Below, one piece after another: positions 1-12,204 of a stretch of 64,000 bases of DNA (the first letter of the stretch is position 1; the number at the start of each line of letters is the position of its first letter). The notes under the pieces were generated by a model. It did not search any database. It saw only the letters and a program-made list of their open reading frames with translations, and was not told the origin of the DNA. The DNA comes from Escherichia coli (GTDB lineage Bacteria; Pseudomonadota; Gammaproteobacteria; Enterobacterales; Enterobacteriaceae): NCBI RefSeq assembly GCF_024223415.1, contig NZ_CP100500.1; one strand, written 5' to 3'. A program made the translations under genes and the position numbers.

Positions 1-509
1 ATAAACAGATCGATTTCCAGCGATTTAAGTTGGGAAATCAGCGAGGGATTGACGTAACAGCCATATTTGCGCTCAAGTGTGCCGCCGGAACTGATCAGTT
101 GAATGCGTTCGCGTTTACCGAGTTCATGGCAAATCGGATGGCTATTGGTGAAGACCTGAATGTTGATGTCAGGCAACTGGCGTGCCAGATACCAGCAAGT
201 TGAACTGGCGTCTAAGGCTATCACCATCCCTTCTTCAATCCACGCGAGCGCCTCGCGCGCGATATCTGCTTTATGCGCATAATGGCTTTTCAGCCTGATG
301 TGAAAGGGATCGCCACTGTCTTGATTTTGACGGTGGATATATTTAGCGCGTCCATGATTGCGCAGAATTTTACCCTGCGTCTGTAATTCATTGAGATCGC
401 GACGAATGGTTTCTTTACTGACCTTTAGCTGTTCAGAGAGAGCTTCCGTGGTCAGGCTGGTATGGTTCAGCAGCAGGTCGACTATCGCTTGCTGGCGTGC
501 CGCTTTCAT
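1..509 (-). CDS. fucR: FucR, DeoR-family activator of the fucose regulon; N-terminal part only, 3' end lies beyond window start
   Basis: Reverse-strand ATG at 509; translation begins MKAARQQAIVDLLLNHTSL (DeoR HTH N-terminus). Absent from ORF track because no stop codon falls inside the window. Confidence 0.85.
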   Translation of the reverse strand, partial: MKAARQQAIVDLLLNHTSLTTEALSEQLKVSKETIRRDLNELQTQGKILRNHGRAKYIHRQNQDSGDPFHIRLKSHYAHKADIAREALAWIEEGMVIALDASSTCWYLARQLPDINIQVFTNSHPICHELGKRERIQLISSGGTLERKYGCYVNPSLISQLKSLEIDLF

Positions 510-566
510 ATTTTTCACCCCATCATTCGATAACCGCCCGCGTCATGCGGGCGTACCGGTATGAGA

Positions 567-989
567 TTACGGTGTTACCCCTTTTTTTAAAAGAATATTC
601 CCGTACTTCGCTCGTTCGCCTGTGATAACGATCGCAAAGGCTTTTTGCGCCCGTTCATAAAACGCAAAACGATTGATGCGGATGATGTCAGGACACGGGG
701 CTTGTAGTGAAAGCGCATTACGGTAACGTCGTTCTACTTCAGGATCGAGAGTGTCACCTTCTACCGCCGCCATCATCACCAGCGGTGGTGCATAACTGTC
801 CAGCTCAAATAACGGGATAATCGCCTGGAGCAAGTCGCTCACCAACAGGCCATCAGCGCGGATCACCTGCGGTCCCATCGAATGGGCGGGAAAGTGAGCA
901 TCGGAAAAAATAATTTCATCTCCATGTCCCATCTCTGCCAGCACTTTCAATAGTTCGGGAGAAATTAACGGCGAAATTGTTTTCAGCAT
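567..989 (-). CDS. fucU: L-fucose mutarotase
   Basis: 140-aa [29 protein letters not shown]..., RbsD/FucU family; position in fuc operon. Confidence 0.93.
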
Positions 990-990
990 T

Positions 991-2409
991 TCACACTTCC
1001 TCTATAAATTCAGGTTCAGTTTGCGGGTAGAAATAACGGTACTGATAATGAATCTGTGCACGGGCTTCTTCCGGGCTGTTAAATTCCCCTACGCCATACC
1101 AACCGAACAGCGCAGCTCCTGCGACGGTCGTTTCGGCATCGTCGAGAACTTTTACCGGAATATCAAGCATATTGGCTTTAATCTGATTCCACAATGTGTT
1201 GCGACTTCCTCCGCCGACTAACAATAATTCAGAGGCTTTAAAGTGGCCGATTTTTTCCAGCATCTGTAGATTGCGCTGTAATTGCGCAGTTAACCCTTCC
1301 AGCGCCGCGCGATAGAAATGCCCCCGCGTGGTATTAAGCGTCACTCCTTGCCAGCCAGCGTTCTGACACGACAATAAATCACACTGCATTTTCACGCCAT
1401 CCGCGCCAGGCGCGATCAGACGAGCCTCTTCAATCAACATTTGCCAGGGTGTTTCAGCCGTCCAGAACAGTTTTCTCACCCATTCCAGCACGCCGGATGC
1501 CAGCCATTGCATACCTGGGTTATACAACCCTGCCTGGCTATCCAGTTCGCAGGTGGAACCGGCGTACTGACTTAACAGCGAAGAATCAACCTGGGCGCTG
1601 CGAACCATTAAAATTTCCCATGTACCGGAAGAGAGCACGGGTTCATTTTGTTCAGCACCAGCGCCAAAAAGGGCGAACTGGGTATCGTGACCTGCGGAAA
1701 TCACCGGTATGCCAACGGGTAAGCCGAGCATTGCTGCGGCGCTGTTTTGTAGCGTACCAATCTGTTCACCCGCTTCCACCAGACGAGGGAAGAGTCGGCG
1801 TGGAATACCGGTGGCTTGTAAAATTTGCGGACTGAAATCGCGTTGCTGGATATCCAGCATCTGGCTGGTTCCGGCCATCGTGATATCAGTAGTGAATTCG
1901 CCGGTTAAACGGTGGTTAATCAGCGACGAAATAAAGAGCCAGGCGTGCGCGCGTTCCAGCAGTTGTGGATGATTTTCTTTCAACCACACCAACTTATATA
2001 AAGTATTGAAACTAAAGGCTCCGACGCCAGAAATAGCCTGTAACCGCTGTGCGGAGATTAACCGTTCAATATTGTCCATAACCGCTGCTGTTCGCGGACA
2101 TTTCCAGCTAATGATCGGATAGAGCAGATTGCCTTGCTTATCTACCAGAGCGCCATCCACACCAAAGGTGGTGACGGCGATACCGCGGATGTGGCATTCA
2201 GTCAGTTCACTATTGATTTGCCGACAGCAATCAGCAAAGCGTTGCAAAATGGCGTCTAAAGACCACTGGTGCCAGGTGTTGTTTTCCATCGCGATATCGC
2301 TGGCATTAGGCGTTGAGGCGCGGGCAACAATTTTTCCCTGCCGATTAACCGCGATGGCCCTGACATTGGTCGCGCCACAGTCGAGTACCAGGATAACTTC
2401 TTGTTTCAT
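991..2409 (-). CDS. fucK: L-fuculokinase (FGGY kinase)
   Basis: ORF track gives 991..2439 (482 aa); the ATG at 2409 ([15 protein letters not shown]..., 472 aa) has an AGGAG Shine-Dalgarno 5 nt upstream, whereas the ATG at 2439 lies in the loop of a 10-bp hairpin with no SD. Confidence 0.9.
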
Positions 2410-2517
2410 AATCGCTCCTGCAATATAGCCGGATAACATTGCTTATCCGGCTAACCACTCTTGCTTGTTCAGGCCCGGTAGCCGGAGCGACCGGGCATCA
2501 CATCAGGGAGTAATGTA

Positions 2518-4293
2518 TTAACGCTTGTACAACGGACCGTAGTTCTGGCAAGCGCGGTAATCCTGGCCTTCAATATCCATGCCGTGCGCAGCCCAGGCAG
2601 AAGGACGATACACTTTGGTCTCTTCAACGTTATGCATACATACCGGGATACGCAGCATGGAGGCGAGAGTGATAAAGTCTGCGCCAACGTGGCCGATGGT
2701 CAGAACCCCATGGTTAGCGCCCCAGTTCGCCATTACCGAGTACACATCCGTAAACGGCCCTTTACCGGTGAGGCGCGGTGCAAACCAGGTGGTTGGCCAG
2801 GTTGAGTTGGTACGTTTGTTGAGGATGTCATGCACATCCTTCGGCAATTCCACGCTCCAGCCTTCCGCGATTTGCAGTACCGGTCCCAGGCCTTTGATGA
2901 TGTTGACACGAGTCATGGTGAACGGGACGCCGCCTTCGGTAAGGAAGCGGGAAGAGTAACCGCCGCCACGGAAGTATTCGTGGATCGCCGGGCACCATTC
3001 GGTAGCGGCGAGGCAAGCGTCAGCCTCTTGCTGAGAGATTTCCCAGTGTGGCTTCATCGTCGGGTTACCTTCGCTGTCGCGTTGTTTACAGGAACCGTCC
3101 AGCGCAGCAGAACCGGAGTTGATCAAATGGATGATGCCGTGTTCTGCCAGTCCATCCAGTTTATGCCCCGTTACACGCTCAATTGCTTCTGGTGACCAGT
3201 AGGTACGCACATCGGCAAATACCTGAGCGGTGCCGGTGAGCTGGTGACCCATTAGCATTGCCACGCCGTTAAGACTGTCGTTTTCGGTCGCCACGACAAA
3301 GGGTTCGCGCACGCCATTCCAGTCAAATGAACTGTTAAGGATCGCTTCGGCGGTGTCGCCATTGGGATATTGATCGGTCCAGTGGCGTTGTCCCTGGAAG
3401 CCCGCAGCGATGGCGTTGTAGCCAAGTGATTCTTCCACGCGACCAATATCGGCCAGTTTGCTGTTGCCTTGCATCATGTCGCGGATACACATCGCCATCA
3501 GTAAACTTTCGCGCAGAACTGCGCGGCTTTGCTCGGCATTGCGTTGATACTGTTTGTTATTTTCATCTTCGCCATAGCGGAAGTTTTTATCAGCCCAGGC
3601 CAGTGCCATTTCCAGTTCGGCTTCGTCGTAAATCTTCTGATCGATACGGCGACGCAGTTCGGTCATATCCACCGCCTGGACTTTCATTCCCAGCCAGGAT
3701 TCAAAGAAGTTGTGATCAACAATAGAACCGGCGATACCCATCGAAACGCCGCCCAGCGACAGATAGCTTTTACCTTTCATGCTGGCGACGGCCAAACCGG
3801 CGCGGGCAAAGCGCAGCAGTTTTTCTTCAACATCGGCAGGAATCGATGTGTCATCGGCATCCTGAACGTCATGACCGTAAATGGAGAATGCCGGGATGCC
3901 TTTCTGGCTGTGAGCTGCCAGAGCCGCTGCCAGGTAAACAGCGCCGGGGCGTTCAGTGCCGTTAAAGCCCCAAATGGCTTTCGGGCGGGTTGGATCCATG
4001 TCGATGGTTTCACTGCCATAGCACCAGCAAGGCGTTACCGTAATGGTGAGGCCTACATTCTGGCTGCTGAATTTTTCTTCGCAAGCAGCGGCTTCAGCCA
4101 TACCCGCGATACAGGTATCGGAAATGACACACTCGACGGCAGCTCCGCAGGCATGGCGCAGTTTCTCGGTCAGCAGTGCGGCCGTAGCTTTCGCCATATT
4201 CATTGTTTGTTCTTCAAGCGACTCACGAACACCCATGCGACGACCGTCAATAACCGGGCGGATACCAATTTTCGGTAAGCTGATTTTTTTCAT
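2518..4293 (-). CDS. fucI: L-fucose isomerase
   Basis: 591-aa [22 protein letters not shown]...; length and sequence match FucI as recalled. Confidence 0.95.
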   Translation of the reverse strand: MKKISLPKIGIRPVIDGRRMGVRESLEEQTMNMAKATAALLTEKLRHACGAAVECVISDTCIAGMAEAAACEEKFSSQNVGLTITVTPCWCYGSETIDMDPTRPKAIWGFNGTERPGAVYLAAALAAHSQKGIPAFSIYGHDVQDADDTSIPADVEEKLLRFARAGLAVASMKGKSYLSLGGVSMGIAGSIVDHNFFESWLGMKVQAVDMTELRRRIDQKIYDEAELEMALAWADKNFRYGEDENNKQYQRNAEQSRAVLRESLLMAMCIRDMMQGNSKLADIGRVEESLGYNAIAAGFQGQRHWTDQYPNGDTAEAILNSSFDWNGVREPFVVATENDSLNGVAMLMGHQLTGTAQVFADVRTYWSPEAIERVTGHKLDGLAEHGIIHLINSGSAALDGSCKQRDSEGNPTMKPHWEISQQEADACLAATEWCPAIHEYFRGGGYSSRFLTEGGVPFTMTRVNIIKGLGPVLQIAEGWSVELPKDVHDILNKRTNSTWPTTWFAPRLTGKGPFTDVYSVMANWGANHGVLTIGHVGADFITLASMLRIPVCMHNVEETKVYRPSAWAAHGMDIEGQDYRACQNYGPLYKR

Positions 4294-4325
4294 TACAGAT
4301 TCCTCACTTTATTCGGAAAATATGT

Positions 4326-5642
4326 TCAGTTAGTTGCCGTTTGAGAACGGAAACGGGCAAAGATAAAGATGACCGCGAAGCAGAGTGCGGGGATCAGTTC
4401 AGCAGTGGGGATGTTGCCCGCCGCGTCACTGACAAAACCCATGACCGGAGTGACAATACCGCCGCCAATGATGGTCATAACGATGAAGGACGAACCGTAT
4501 TTGGTGTCCTGGCCGAGATTCTTAATGCCCAGCGAGAAGATTGTTGGGTACTGAATCGACATAAAGGCGCTGCATAAAGTCAGGGCTATTAAGCCCACAT
4601 GACCGCCAGCGAAGGCTGAGATCAGGCACAGTGCCATAGCGATTAATGCGTAGGCGGCCAGGACTTTGTGTGGTGCGAAGCGACTGATGAGCCAGGTACC
4701 GGTGAAACGACCAATAAAGAAGCACACCATGGTTCCGGTTAAATAGTTAGCGGCAAAGCCTGCAGTCATACCTGGAATTTCTTCTACAGCGTAGCGAATC
4801 AAATAGCTCCAGCAGGCCGTTTGTGCGCCAACGTAGCAGAATTGCGCTAATACTGCCCAGCGCCAGTGGCGAATACGCGCCAGGCGAGAAAGCGATGCGG
4901 AGAACGATCCTTGTTTGGCGTCACTGTGATTATCACTCTGCAATGCCGGGAATTTCGTCAGCATGATCAGCAGGGCGACCAGTAACACGATAGCCACGAT
5001 GATCATATAAGGTGTCTGTACCGATAATACCAGGCTGTGTTTATACGCACTCAATTGCTCTGGAGACATTTTATCGAGAACGTCTTGCGATTGATGTGGC
5101 ACGTTAGACAAAATAAGACTTTGCCCAAAGACAACCGCGATAATTGCGCCAAATGAGTTAAATGTTTGCGCAAGATTTAAGCGGAAGTGACCACTGCTTT
5201 CCGGCCCTAATACCGTAACAAAAGGGTTTGCGGCAGTTTCCAGACAACCTAATCCGGCTGCAATAATAAATAGGCCAACTAAAAATAAGGTGTAGTTCAT
5301 TATTTCTGCAGCGGGCCAGAATAATGCAGCACCCAAGGCATATAAAAATAATCCGGTAATAATTCCTGCTTTATAACTGAGTTTTTTCATCAATATCCCA
5401 GCAGGAATTGGGATAATGAAATAACCAAAGTAAAAGGCCGATTGGATCAGGCCAGCCTGGAAATTTGTCAGTGTAAAAGCCTGCTGGAATTGAGGTAATA
5501 AAATGTCGTTAAGGTTATTGGCTACCGCCCAAAGAAAAAACAGTGAGCACAGCAGCGCGAATGGAATAATGTAACTTCTGCTTTGCCCTGCATCTTTATC
5601 TACCGCACGGTAACTCTGCGTTTGTATTGATGTGTTTCCCAT
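4326..5642 (-). CDS. fucP: L-fucose:H+ symporter (MFS)
   Basis: 438-aa polytopic membrane ORF; ATG preceded by AAGAGGA SD; operon position. Confidence 0.95.
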   Translation of the reverse strand: MGNTSIQTQSYRAVDKDAGQSRSYIIPFALLCSLFFLWAVANNLNDILLPQFQQAFTLTNFQAGLIQSAFYFGYFIIPIPAGILMKKLSYKAGIITGLFLYALGAALFWPAAEIMNYTLFLVGLFIIAAGLGCLETAANPFVTVLGPESSGHFRLNLAQTFNSFGAIIAVVFGQSLILSNVPHQSQDVLDKMSPEQLSAYKHSLVLSVQTPYMIIVAIVLLVALLIMLTKFPALQSDNHSDAKQGSFSASLSRLARIRHWRWAVLAQFCYVGAQTACWSYLIRYAVEEIPGMTAGFAANYLTGTMVCFFIGRFTGTWLISRFAPHKVLAAYALIAMALCLISAFAGGHVGLIALTLCSAFMSIQYPTIFSLGIKNLGQDTKYGSSFIVMTIIGGGIVTPVMGFVSDAAGNIPTAELIPALCFAVIFIFARFRSQTATN

Positions 5643-6188
5643 AGCATCCTCTTAGGTTCAGAAGCTTAAGCACGTAATCGGTTATGTTTTCAAAAGTGCA
5701 AAACCAGCGAGTTCGGGCTTCATATCAGTGAATATTTGCCTGTCTGAAATGAACTCATGGATTCATTTTCAAATAAAAAACGCTCTGTAATATGACGGCG
5801 GTCACACTTATTAGCTGGAAGGTGACTTTATGTGACTACCATCACTTTAATAATCGAAATTTCATGCCCGTTTCAGAAAATAAATCATAAAAAACACAAA
5901 CCAGATGACCGTATTAATTGTTTATGCCGAAAACGGGCATTCCTGGCTTGGGTGAATAGAAAAATGACCGTTTTGATAAATATTTTTAAGAGCGGTCATT
6001 TTTAATGGGGTTATAAAAAGAGAACTTGCAGTTATTTACTGTGATTAGTTGAACCAGGTCACAAAATATAAGCTTGTGAATTTCTTTCTTGTTAATCAGG
6101 AAGAAGATGGTGGGTAATTAAACGGCTAATTCAATAGTGTGAAAGGAACAACATTATTGCCCTGTTTTGAATCAGAGAGAGGTAGCTA
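5643..6188. promoter_or_regulatory. Divergent fucPIKUR / fucAO control region
   Basis: 546-bp AT-rich intergenic between divergent starts; CRP-like half-site pair TGTGActaccaTCACT at 5831..5846; inverted repeat ATGACCG...CGGTCAT at about 5962..5999. Confidence 0.6.
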
Positions 6189-6836
6189 ATGGAACGAAAT
6201 AAACTTGCTCGTCAGATTATTGACACTTGCCTGGAAATGACCCGCCTGGGACTGAACCAGGGGACAGCGGGGAACGTCAGTGTACGTTATCAGGATGGGA
6301 TGCTGATTACGCCTACAGGCATTCCATATGAAAAACTGACGGAGTCGCATATTGTCTTTATTGATGGCAACGGTAAACATGAGGAAGGAAAGCTCCCCTC
6401 AAGCGAATGGCGTTTCCATATGGCGGCCTATCAAAGCAGACCGGATGCCAACGCGGTTGTTCACAATCATGCCGTTCATTGCACAGCAGTTTCCATTCTT
6501 AACCGACCGATCCCCGCTATTCACTACATGATTGCGGCGGCTGGCGGTAATTCTATTCCTTGCGCGCCTTATGCGACCTTTGGAACACGCGAACTTTCTG
6601 AACATGTTGCGCTGGCTCTCAAAAATCGTAAGGCAACTTTGTTACAACATCATGGGCTTATCGCTTGTGAGGTGAATCTGGAAAAAGCGTTATGGCTGGC
6701 GCATGAAGTTGAAGTGCTGGCGCAACTTTACCTGACGACCCTGGCGATTACGGACCCGGTGCCAGTGCTGAGCGATGAAGAAATTGCCGTAGTGCTGGAG
6801 AAATTCAAAACCTATGGGTTACGGATTGAAGAGTAA
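6189..6836 (+). CDS. fucA: L-fuculose-1-phosphate aldolase (class II)
   Basis: 215-aa ORF MERNKLARQIIDTCLEMTRLGLNQGTAGNVSVRYQ...; GAGAGAGG SD. Confidence 0.95.
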   Translation: MERNKLARQIIDTCLEMTRLGLNQGTAGNVSVRYQDGMLITPTGIPYEKLTESHIVFIDGNGKHEEGKLPSSEWRFHMAAYQSRPDANAVVHNHAVHCTAVSILNRPIPAIHYMIAAAGGNSIPCAPYATFGTRELSEHVALALKNRKATLLQHHGLIACEVNLEKALWLAHEVEVLAQLYLTTLAITDPVPVLSDEEIAVVLEKFKTYGLRIEE

Positions 6837-6863
6837 TTTCGTAAAGCAACAAGGAGAAGGATG

Positions 6864-8012
6864 ATGGCTAACAGAATGATTCTGAACGAAACGGCATGGT
6901 TTGGTCGGGGCGCTGTTGGGGCTTTAACCGATGAGGTGAAACGCCGTGGTTATCAGAAGGCGCTGATCGTCACCGATAAAACGCTGGTGCAATGCGGCGT
7001 GGTGGCGAAAGTGACCCATAAGATGGATGCTGCAGGGCTGGCATGGGCGATTTACGACGGCGTAGTGCCCAACCCAACAATTACTGTCGTCAAAGAAGGG
7101 CTCGGTGTATTCCAGAATAGCGGCGCGGATTACCTGATCGCTATTGGTGGTGGTTCTCCACAGGATACTTGTAAAGCGATTGGCATTATCAGCAACAACC
7201 CGGAGTTTGCCGATGTGCGTAGCCTGGAAGGACTTTCCCCGACCAATAAACCCAGTGTACCGATTCTGGCAATCCCCACCACAGCAGGCACTGCGGCAGA
7301 AGTGACCATTAACTACGTGATCACTGACGAAGAAAAACGGCGCAAGTTTGTTTGCGTTGATCCGCATGATATCCCGCAGGTGGCGTTTATTGACGCTGAC
7401 ATGATGGATGGTATGCCTCCAGCGCTGAAAGCTGCGACGGGTGTCGATGCGCTCACTCATGCTATTGAGGGGTATATTACCCGTGGCGCGTGGGCGCTAA
7501 CCGATGCACTGCACATTAAAGCGATTGAAATCATTGCTGGGGCGCTGCGAGGATCGGTTGCTGGTGATAAGGATGCCGGAGAAGAAATGGCGCTCGGGCA
7601 GTATGTTGCGGGTATGGGCTTCTCGAATGTTGGGTTAGGGTTGGTGCATGGTATGGCGCATCCACTGGGCGCGTTTTACAACACTCCACACGGTGTTGCG
7701 AACGCCATCCTGTTACCGCATGTCATGCTCTATAACGCTGACTTTACCGGTGAGAAGTACCGCGATATCGCGCGCGTTATGGGTGTGAAAGTGGAAGGTA
7801 TGAGCCTGGAAGAGGCGCGTAATGCCGCTGTTGAAGCGGTGTTTGCTCTCAACCGTGATGTCGGTATTCCGCCACATTTGCGTGATGTTGGTGTACGCAA
7901 GGAAGACATTCCGGCACTGGCTCAGGCGGCACTGGATGATGTTTGTACCGGTGGCAACCCGCGTGAAGCAACGCTTGAGGATATTGTAGAGCTTTACCAT
8001 ACCGCCTGGTAA
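6864..8012 (+). CDS. fucO: L-1,2-propanediol oxidoreductase / lactaldehyde reductase (iron-type ADH)
   Basis: ORF MMANRMILNETAWFGRG...; two tandem ATGs at 6861 and 6864, I use the second (382 aa) with AGGAG SD 7 nt upstream. Confidence 0.93.
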   Translation: MANRMILNETAWFGRGAVGALTDEVKRRGYQKALIVTDKTLVQCGVVAKVTHKMDAAGLAWAIYDGVVPNPTITVVKEGLGVFQNSGADYLIAIGGGSPQDTCKAIGIISNNPEFADVRSLEGLSPTNKPSVPILAIPTTAGTAAEVTINYVITDEEKRRKFVCVDPHDIPQVAFIDADMMDGMPPALKAATGVDALTHAIEGYITRGAWALTDALHIKAIEIIAGALRGSVAGDKDAGEEMALGQYVAGMGFSNVGLGLVHGMAHPLGAFYNTPHGVANAILLPHVMLYNADFTGEKYRDIARVMGVKVEGMSLEEARNAAVEAVFALNRDVGIPPHLRDVGVRKEDIPALAQAALDDVCTGGNPREATLEDIVELYHTAW

Positions 8013-8030
8013 ATGCGCTGATGTGATAAT

Positions 8031-8060
8031 GCCGGATACGACGTTTGCGGCGTATCCGGC
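8031..8060. terminator. REP-like hairpin between convergent fucO and xni, probable bidirectional terminator
   Basis: GCCGGATACG / CGTATCCGGC, 10-bp perfect stem with 10-nt loop, read directly. Confidence 0.5.
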
Positions 8061-8066
8061 TCGCCG

Positions 8067-8933
<867 letters not shown>

Positions 8934-10301
8934 TTAATCGCAGGCAACGATCTTCATTGCCAGGCCGCCGCGAGAGGTTTCGCGGTACTTGGCGTTCATA
9001 TCTTTACCTGTTTCGTACATGGTTTCGATAACTTTATCGAGGCAGACGCGCGGCTCGCTGGTACGGCGCAGTGCCATACGTGCGGCGTTCACCGCTTTTA
9101 CTGCCGCAATGGCGTTACGCTCGATGCATGGCACCTGTACCTGTCCGGCGACCGGGTCACACGTCAGACCGAGGTTGTGCTCCATGGCGATTTCCGCCGC
9201 GATGCACACCTGCGCCGGGCTTGCGCCTAATAGTTCTGCCAGACCAGCCGCCGCCATTGAGCACGCCACGCCAACTTCACCCTGGCAACCCACTTCAGCA
9301 CCAGAAATCGACGCGTTCATCTTATAAAGAGAACCAATGGCGCTGGCTACCAGCAGGTAACGAGCCAGTGAGTTAGCGTTCACTTCGCGGATAAACTTAT
9401 CGTAGTACGCCAGCACAGCCGGGATAATCCCGCACGCACCGTTAGTCGGCGCAGTCACCACGCGACCGCCAGCGGCGTTCTCTTCGTTCACTGCCAGTGC
9501 AAACATGTTGATCCAGTCAACAACCGCCATCGGGTCAGTGGTGGTTTTATCCTGGCTGACCAGCATCCGGCGTAGTGCCGCAGCACGGCGTGGAACGCGC
9601 AGTTTGCCAGGCAACACGCCTTCGGTAGAAATACCGCGCTCAATACCGCCGCGCATGACTTCCCAGACGTTCGCCAGGTGCTGTTCCAGCTCTTCTTTGC
9701 TGTGCAGCGCCAGCTCGTTTTTCATCATCAGGCCAGAGAGTGACAGCCCGGTTTCCTGACAATGTTTTTGCAGATCGGCTGCTGAACTGTACGGATAAGG
9801 AACTTCAACCGGTGCGCTATCCTGCTGGCCAAAATGCTCTTCATCAACGATAAAGCCACCGCCAATAGAGTAGTAAGTCTGACTGTAAACGACTTTATCA
9901 CCCGCCAGCGCGGTAATGCGCATACCGTTTTCATGCAGAGAAAGGTTGTCTGCATGGAAGTTCATGCACTGATCAACCGGGAACTCCACTTCATGCTGAC
10001 CGTTTGCCAGCATCAGGCGACCATGAGTATTCACATCCTGAATAAAACCAGGGATGGAATCGATATCCACGGTATCCGGCAGGTTACCCGCCAGGCCCAT
10101 AATAATGGCGATATCAGTGTGGTGGCCTTTACCAGTCAGAGAGAGCGAGCCGTACACGTCAACCACCACGCGGGTCACGTCTTTAAGCAGGTTACGGGCA
10201 ATCAGATCGTCGGTAAATTGTTTACCCGCTTTCATTGGTCCAACGGTATGAGAACTGGAAGGGCCAATGCCGATTTTGAAAATATCGAATACGCTAATCA
10301 T
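8934..10301 (-). CDS. sdaB: L-serine dehydratase 2
   Basis: 455-aa ORF MISVFDIFKIGIGPSSSHTVGPMKAG... (Fe-S serine dehydratase family). Confidence 0.95.
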   Translation of the reverse strand: MISVFDIFKIGIGPSSSHTVGPMKAGKQFTDDLIARNLLKDVTRVVVDVYGSLSLTGKGHHTDIAIIMGLAGNLPDTVDIDSIPGFIQDVNTHGRLMLANGQHEVEFPVDQCMNFHADNLSLHENGMRITALAGDKVVYSQTYYSIGGGFIVDEEHFGQQDSAPVEVPYPYSSAADLQKHCQETGLSLSGLMMKNELALHSKEELEQHLANVWEVMRGGIERGISTEGVLPGKLRVPRRAAALRRMLVSQDKTTTDPMAVVDWINMFALAVNEENAAGGRVVTAPTNGACGIIPAVLAYYDKFIREVNANSLARYLLVASAIGSLYKMNASISGAEVGCQGEVGVACSMAAAGLAELLGASPAQVCIAAEIAMEHNLGLTCDPVAGQVQVPCIERNAIAAVKAVNAARMALRRTSEPRVCLDKVIETMYETGKDMNAKYRETSRGGLAMKIVACD

Positions 10302-10358
10302 AGGAAATACATCGCGTTAAAACGGAGGAAGCGCCGCCCGAAAGCGGCGCGAAAGGAC

Positions 10359-11648
10359 TTAGCTGAACAGAGAGTAGAAGATTGCGGAGATTGCAATCAG
10401 ACCCATCACGACAACGAATACGTTGCTGATGTGACCGCTGTACTTACGCATTGCCGGTACTTTCTGAATTGCGTACATCGGCATCAGGAACAGGATCATC
10501 GCGATGATTGGGCCGCCCAGGGTTTCAATCATACCCAGGATGCTCGGGTTCAGGGTGGCAACAATCCAGGTCGTTACCAGCATGAACAGCGCAGTGATAC
10601 GGTTCAGCTTGTTGATTTCGATAGACTTACCTTTACCACGCAGAGATTTAATCACCATACCGTTGAAGCCTTCACGTGCGCCCAGGTAGTGGCCGAGGAA
10701 GGATTTGGTGATAGCGATAATCGCGATAATCGGAGCCATCCACGCGATAACCGGTGCGTTAAAGTGGTTAGCCAGGTAAGACAGAATCGAGATGTTCTGC
10801 TCTTTAGCCGCAGCCAGGTCTGCCGGAGTCAGGCTCAGTACGCAGCTGAAGACGAAGAACATTACGGTCAGCACCATCATGATGTGTGCGAATGCCAGGA
10901 TCTTCGAGCATTTCTGTTCTGCCATATCGCCGTACTCTTCACGCTTCGCAACGGCGAAAGAAGAGATGATCGGAGAGTGGTTGAACGAGAACACCATTAC
11001 CGGAATTGCCAGCCACAGGGTCATCCACAGACCGTTTCCGGTTGCAGATGCAGTGTCCAGAGACAGCGTTTCCAGTGCTGCGCCGTTCCACTGCGGGATC
11101 AGGTACAGAGCCAGCAGCATCAATACGCCAACAAACGGGAACACCAGAATACTCATCGCTTTAACGATCATCTGCTCACCGAAGCGAACGATGGTCATCA
11201 TACCCACGATCAGGATCAGCGACAGAATCGCACGCGGCGGTGGCGTCATACCCAGCTGGTGAGACATGAAGCTTTCAACTGTATTGGTGATTGCCACGCT
11301 ATAAACCAGCAGGATCGGGTAGATAGCGAAGAAGTAGAGCAGGGTAATCAGTTTACCTGCGCCAATACCAAAGTGTTCTTCTACAACCTCGGTGATGTCT
11401 TCGCCCGGGTTTTTACCAGACAGTACGAAGCGAGTCAGGCCGCGGTGAGCAAAAAACGTCATCGGGAACGCAAGGATAGCCATGATGATCAGCGGGATCA
11501 TACCGCCAACACCGGCGTTGATTGGCAGGAACAGCACGCCCGCGCCGATTGCCGTGCCGTAAAGGCCCAGCATCCACATGGTGTCTGTCTTGCGCCAGGC
11601 ACTACGAGAGTCTTTCGACGCAATCGTGCTGGTTTGAGTCGTTTCCAT
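10359..11648 (-). CDS. sdaC: Serine:H+ symporter (HAAAP family)
   Basis: 429-aa polytopic ORF; CAGGAG SD; immediately upstream of sdaB. Confidence 0.95.
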   Translation of the reverse strand: METTQTSTIASKDSRSAWRKTDTMWMLGLYGTAIGAGVLFLPINAGVGGMIPLIIMAILAFPMTFFAHRGLTRFVLSGKNPGEDITEVVEEHFGIGAGKLITLLYFFAIYPILLVYSVAITNTVESFMSHQLGMTPPPRAILSLILIVGMMTIVRFGEQMIVKAMSILVFPFVGVLMLLALYLIPQWNGAALETLSLDTASATGNGLWMTLWLAIPVMVFSFNHSPIISSFAVAKREEYGDMAEQKCSKILAFAHIMMVLTVMFFVFSCVLSLTPADLAAAKEQNISILSYLANHFNAPVIAWMAPIIAIIAITKSFLGHYLGAREGFNGMVIKSLRGKGKSIEINKLNRITALFMLVTTWIVATLNPSILGMIETLGGPIIAMILFLMPMYAIQKVPAMRKYSGHISNVFVVVMGLIAISAIFYSLFS

Positions 11649-12204
11649 CTATTTCTCCTGGAGGAATGCAAATAATTCAGCTTTTAGCCAGTTCAGCCCG
11701 GGAAGGTGCCTGACCGTAAAAATGAAATCTGTCTATCGGCGATGGCTTAATCATTTACCGCCGTAATAATTTGAGGGCGGAAAGATACACACAAGTTATG
11801 TATCTATCAGTGATCTTGATCCCAAATACAATAATCTACTTGGAATATAGATTATCCCAACGCTTTACTCTGTAAATCAAAAGTAAAAGAGAATTTAAGG
11901 GCAATATTTGCCCATTAAACGACATCTGACTTCTTCCGGGGCGCGCAATATATGTAGGTTGAACTGAAAAAATCAATACTTTTAGTTAATCATGGCGATA
12001 ATTTCTTTTTCATAGCGATAAAATACGGTTTATGAAAATAGGGAAACGTTTGCGTTGCAACATAAATTGTATGACATATTAACTGTGATGATATTTGTCG
12101 CGTGAGGGTGGTAAGAAACATTCATATAACAAATGAAATGAGTTGATGAGTAAGTGACCAAAAACGAGAAAACCCGGCAACAAACGTCACCGGGGGAGGG
12201 GAGA

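Noticed and set aside
9834-11675. 613-aa plus-strand ORF spanning the sdaB/sdaC region
   Set aside because: Antisense to two well-supported genes; translation is low-complexity (H/R/Q/D-rich) with no recognisable domain; an artefact of codon bias on the opposite strand
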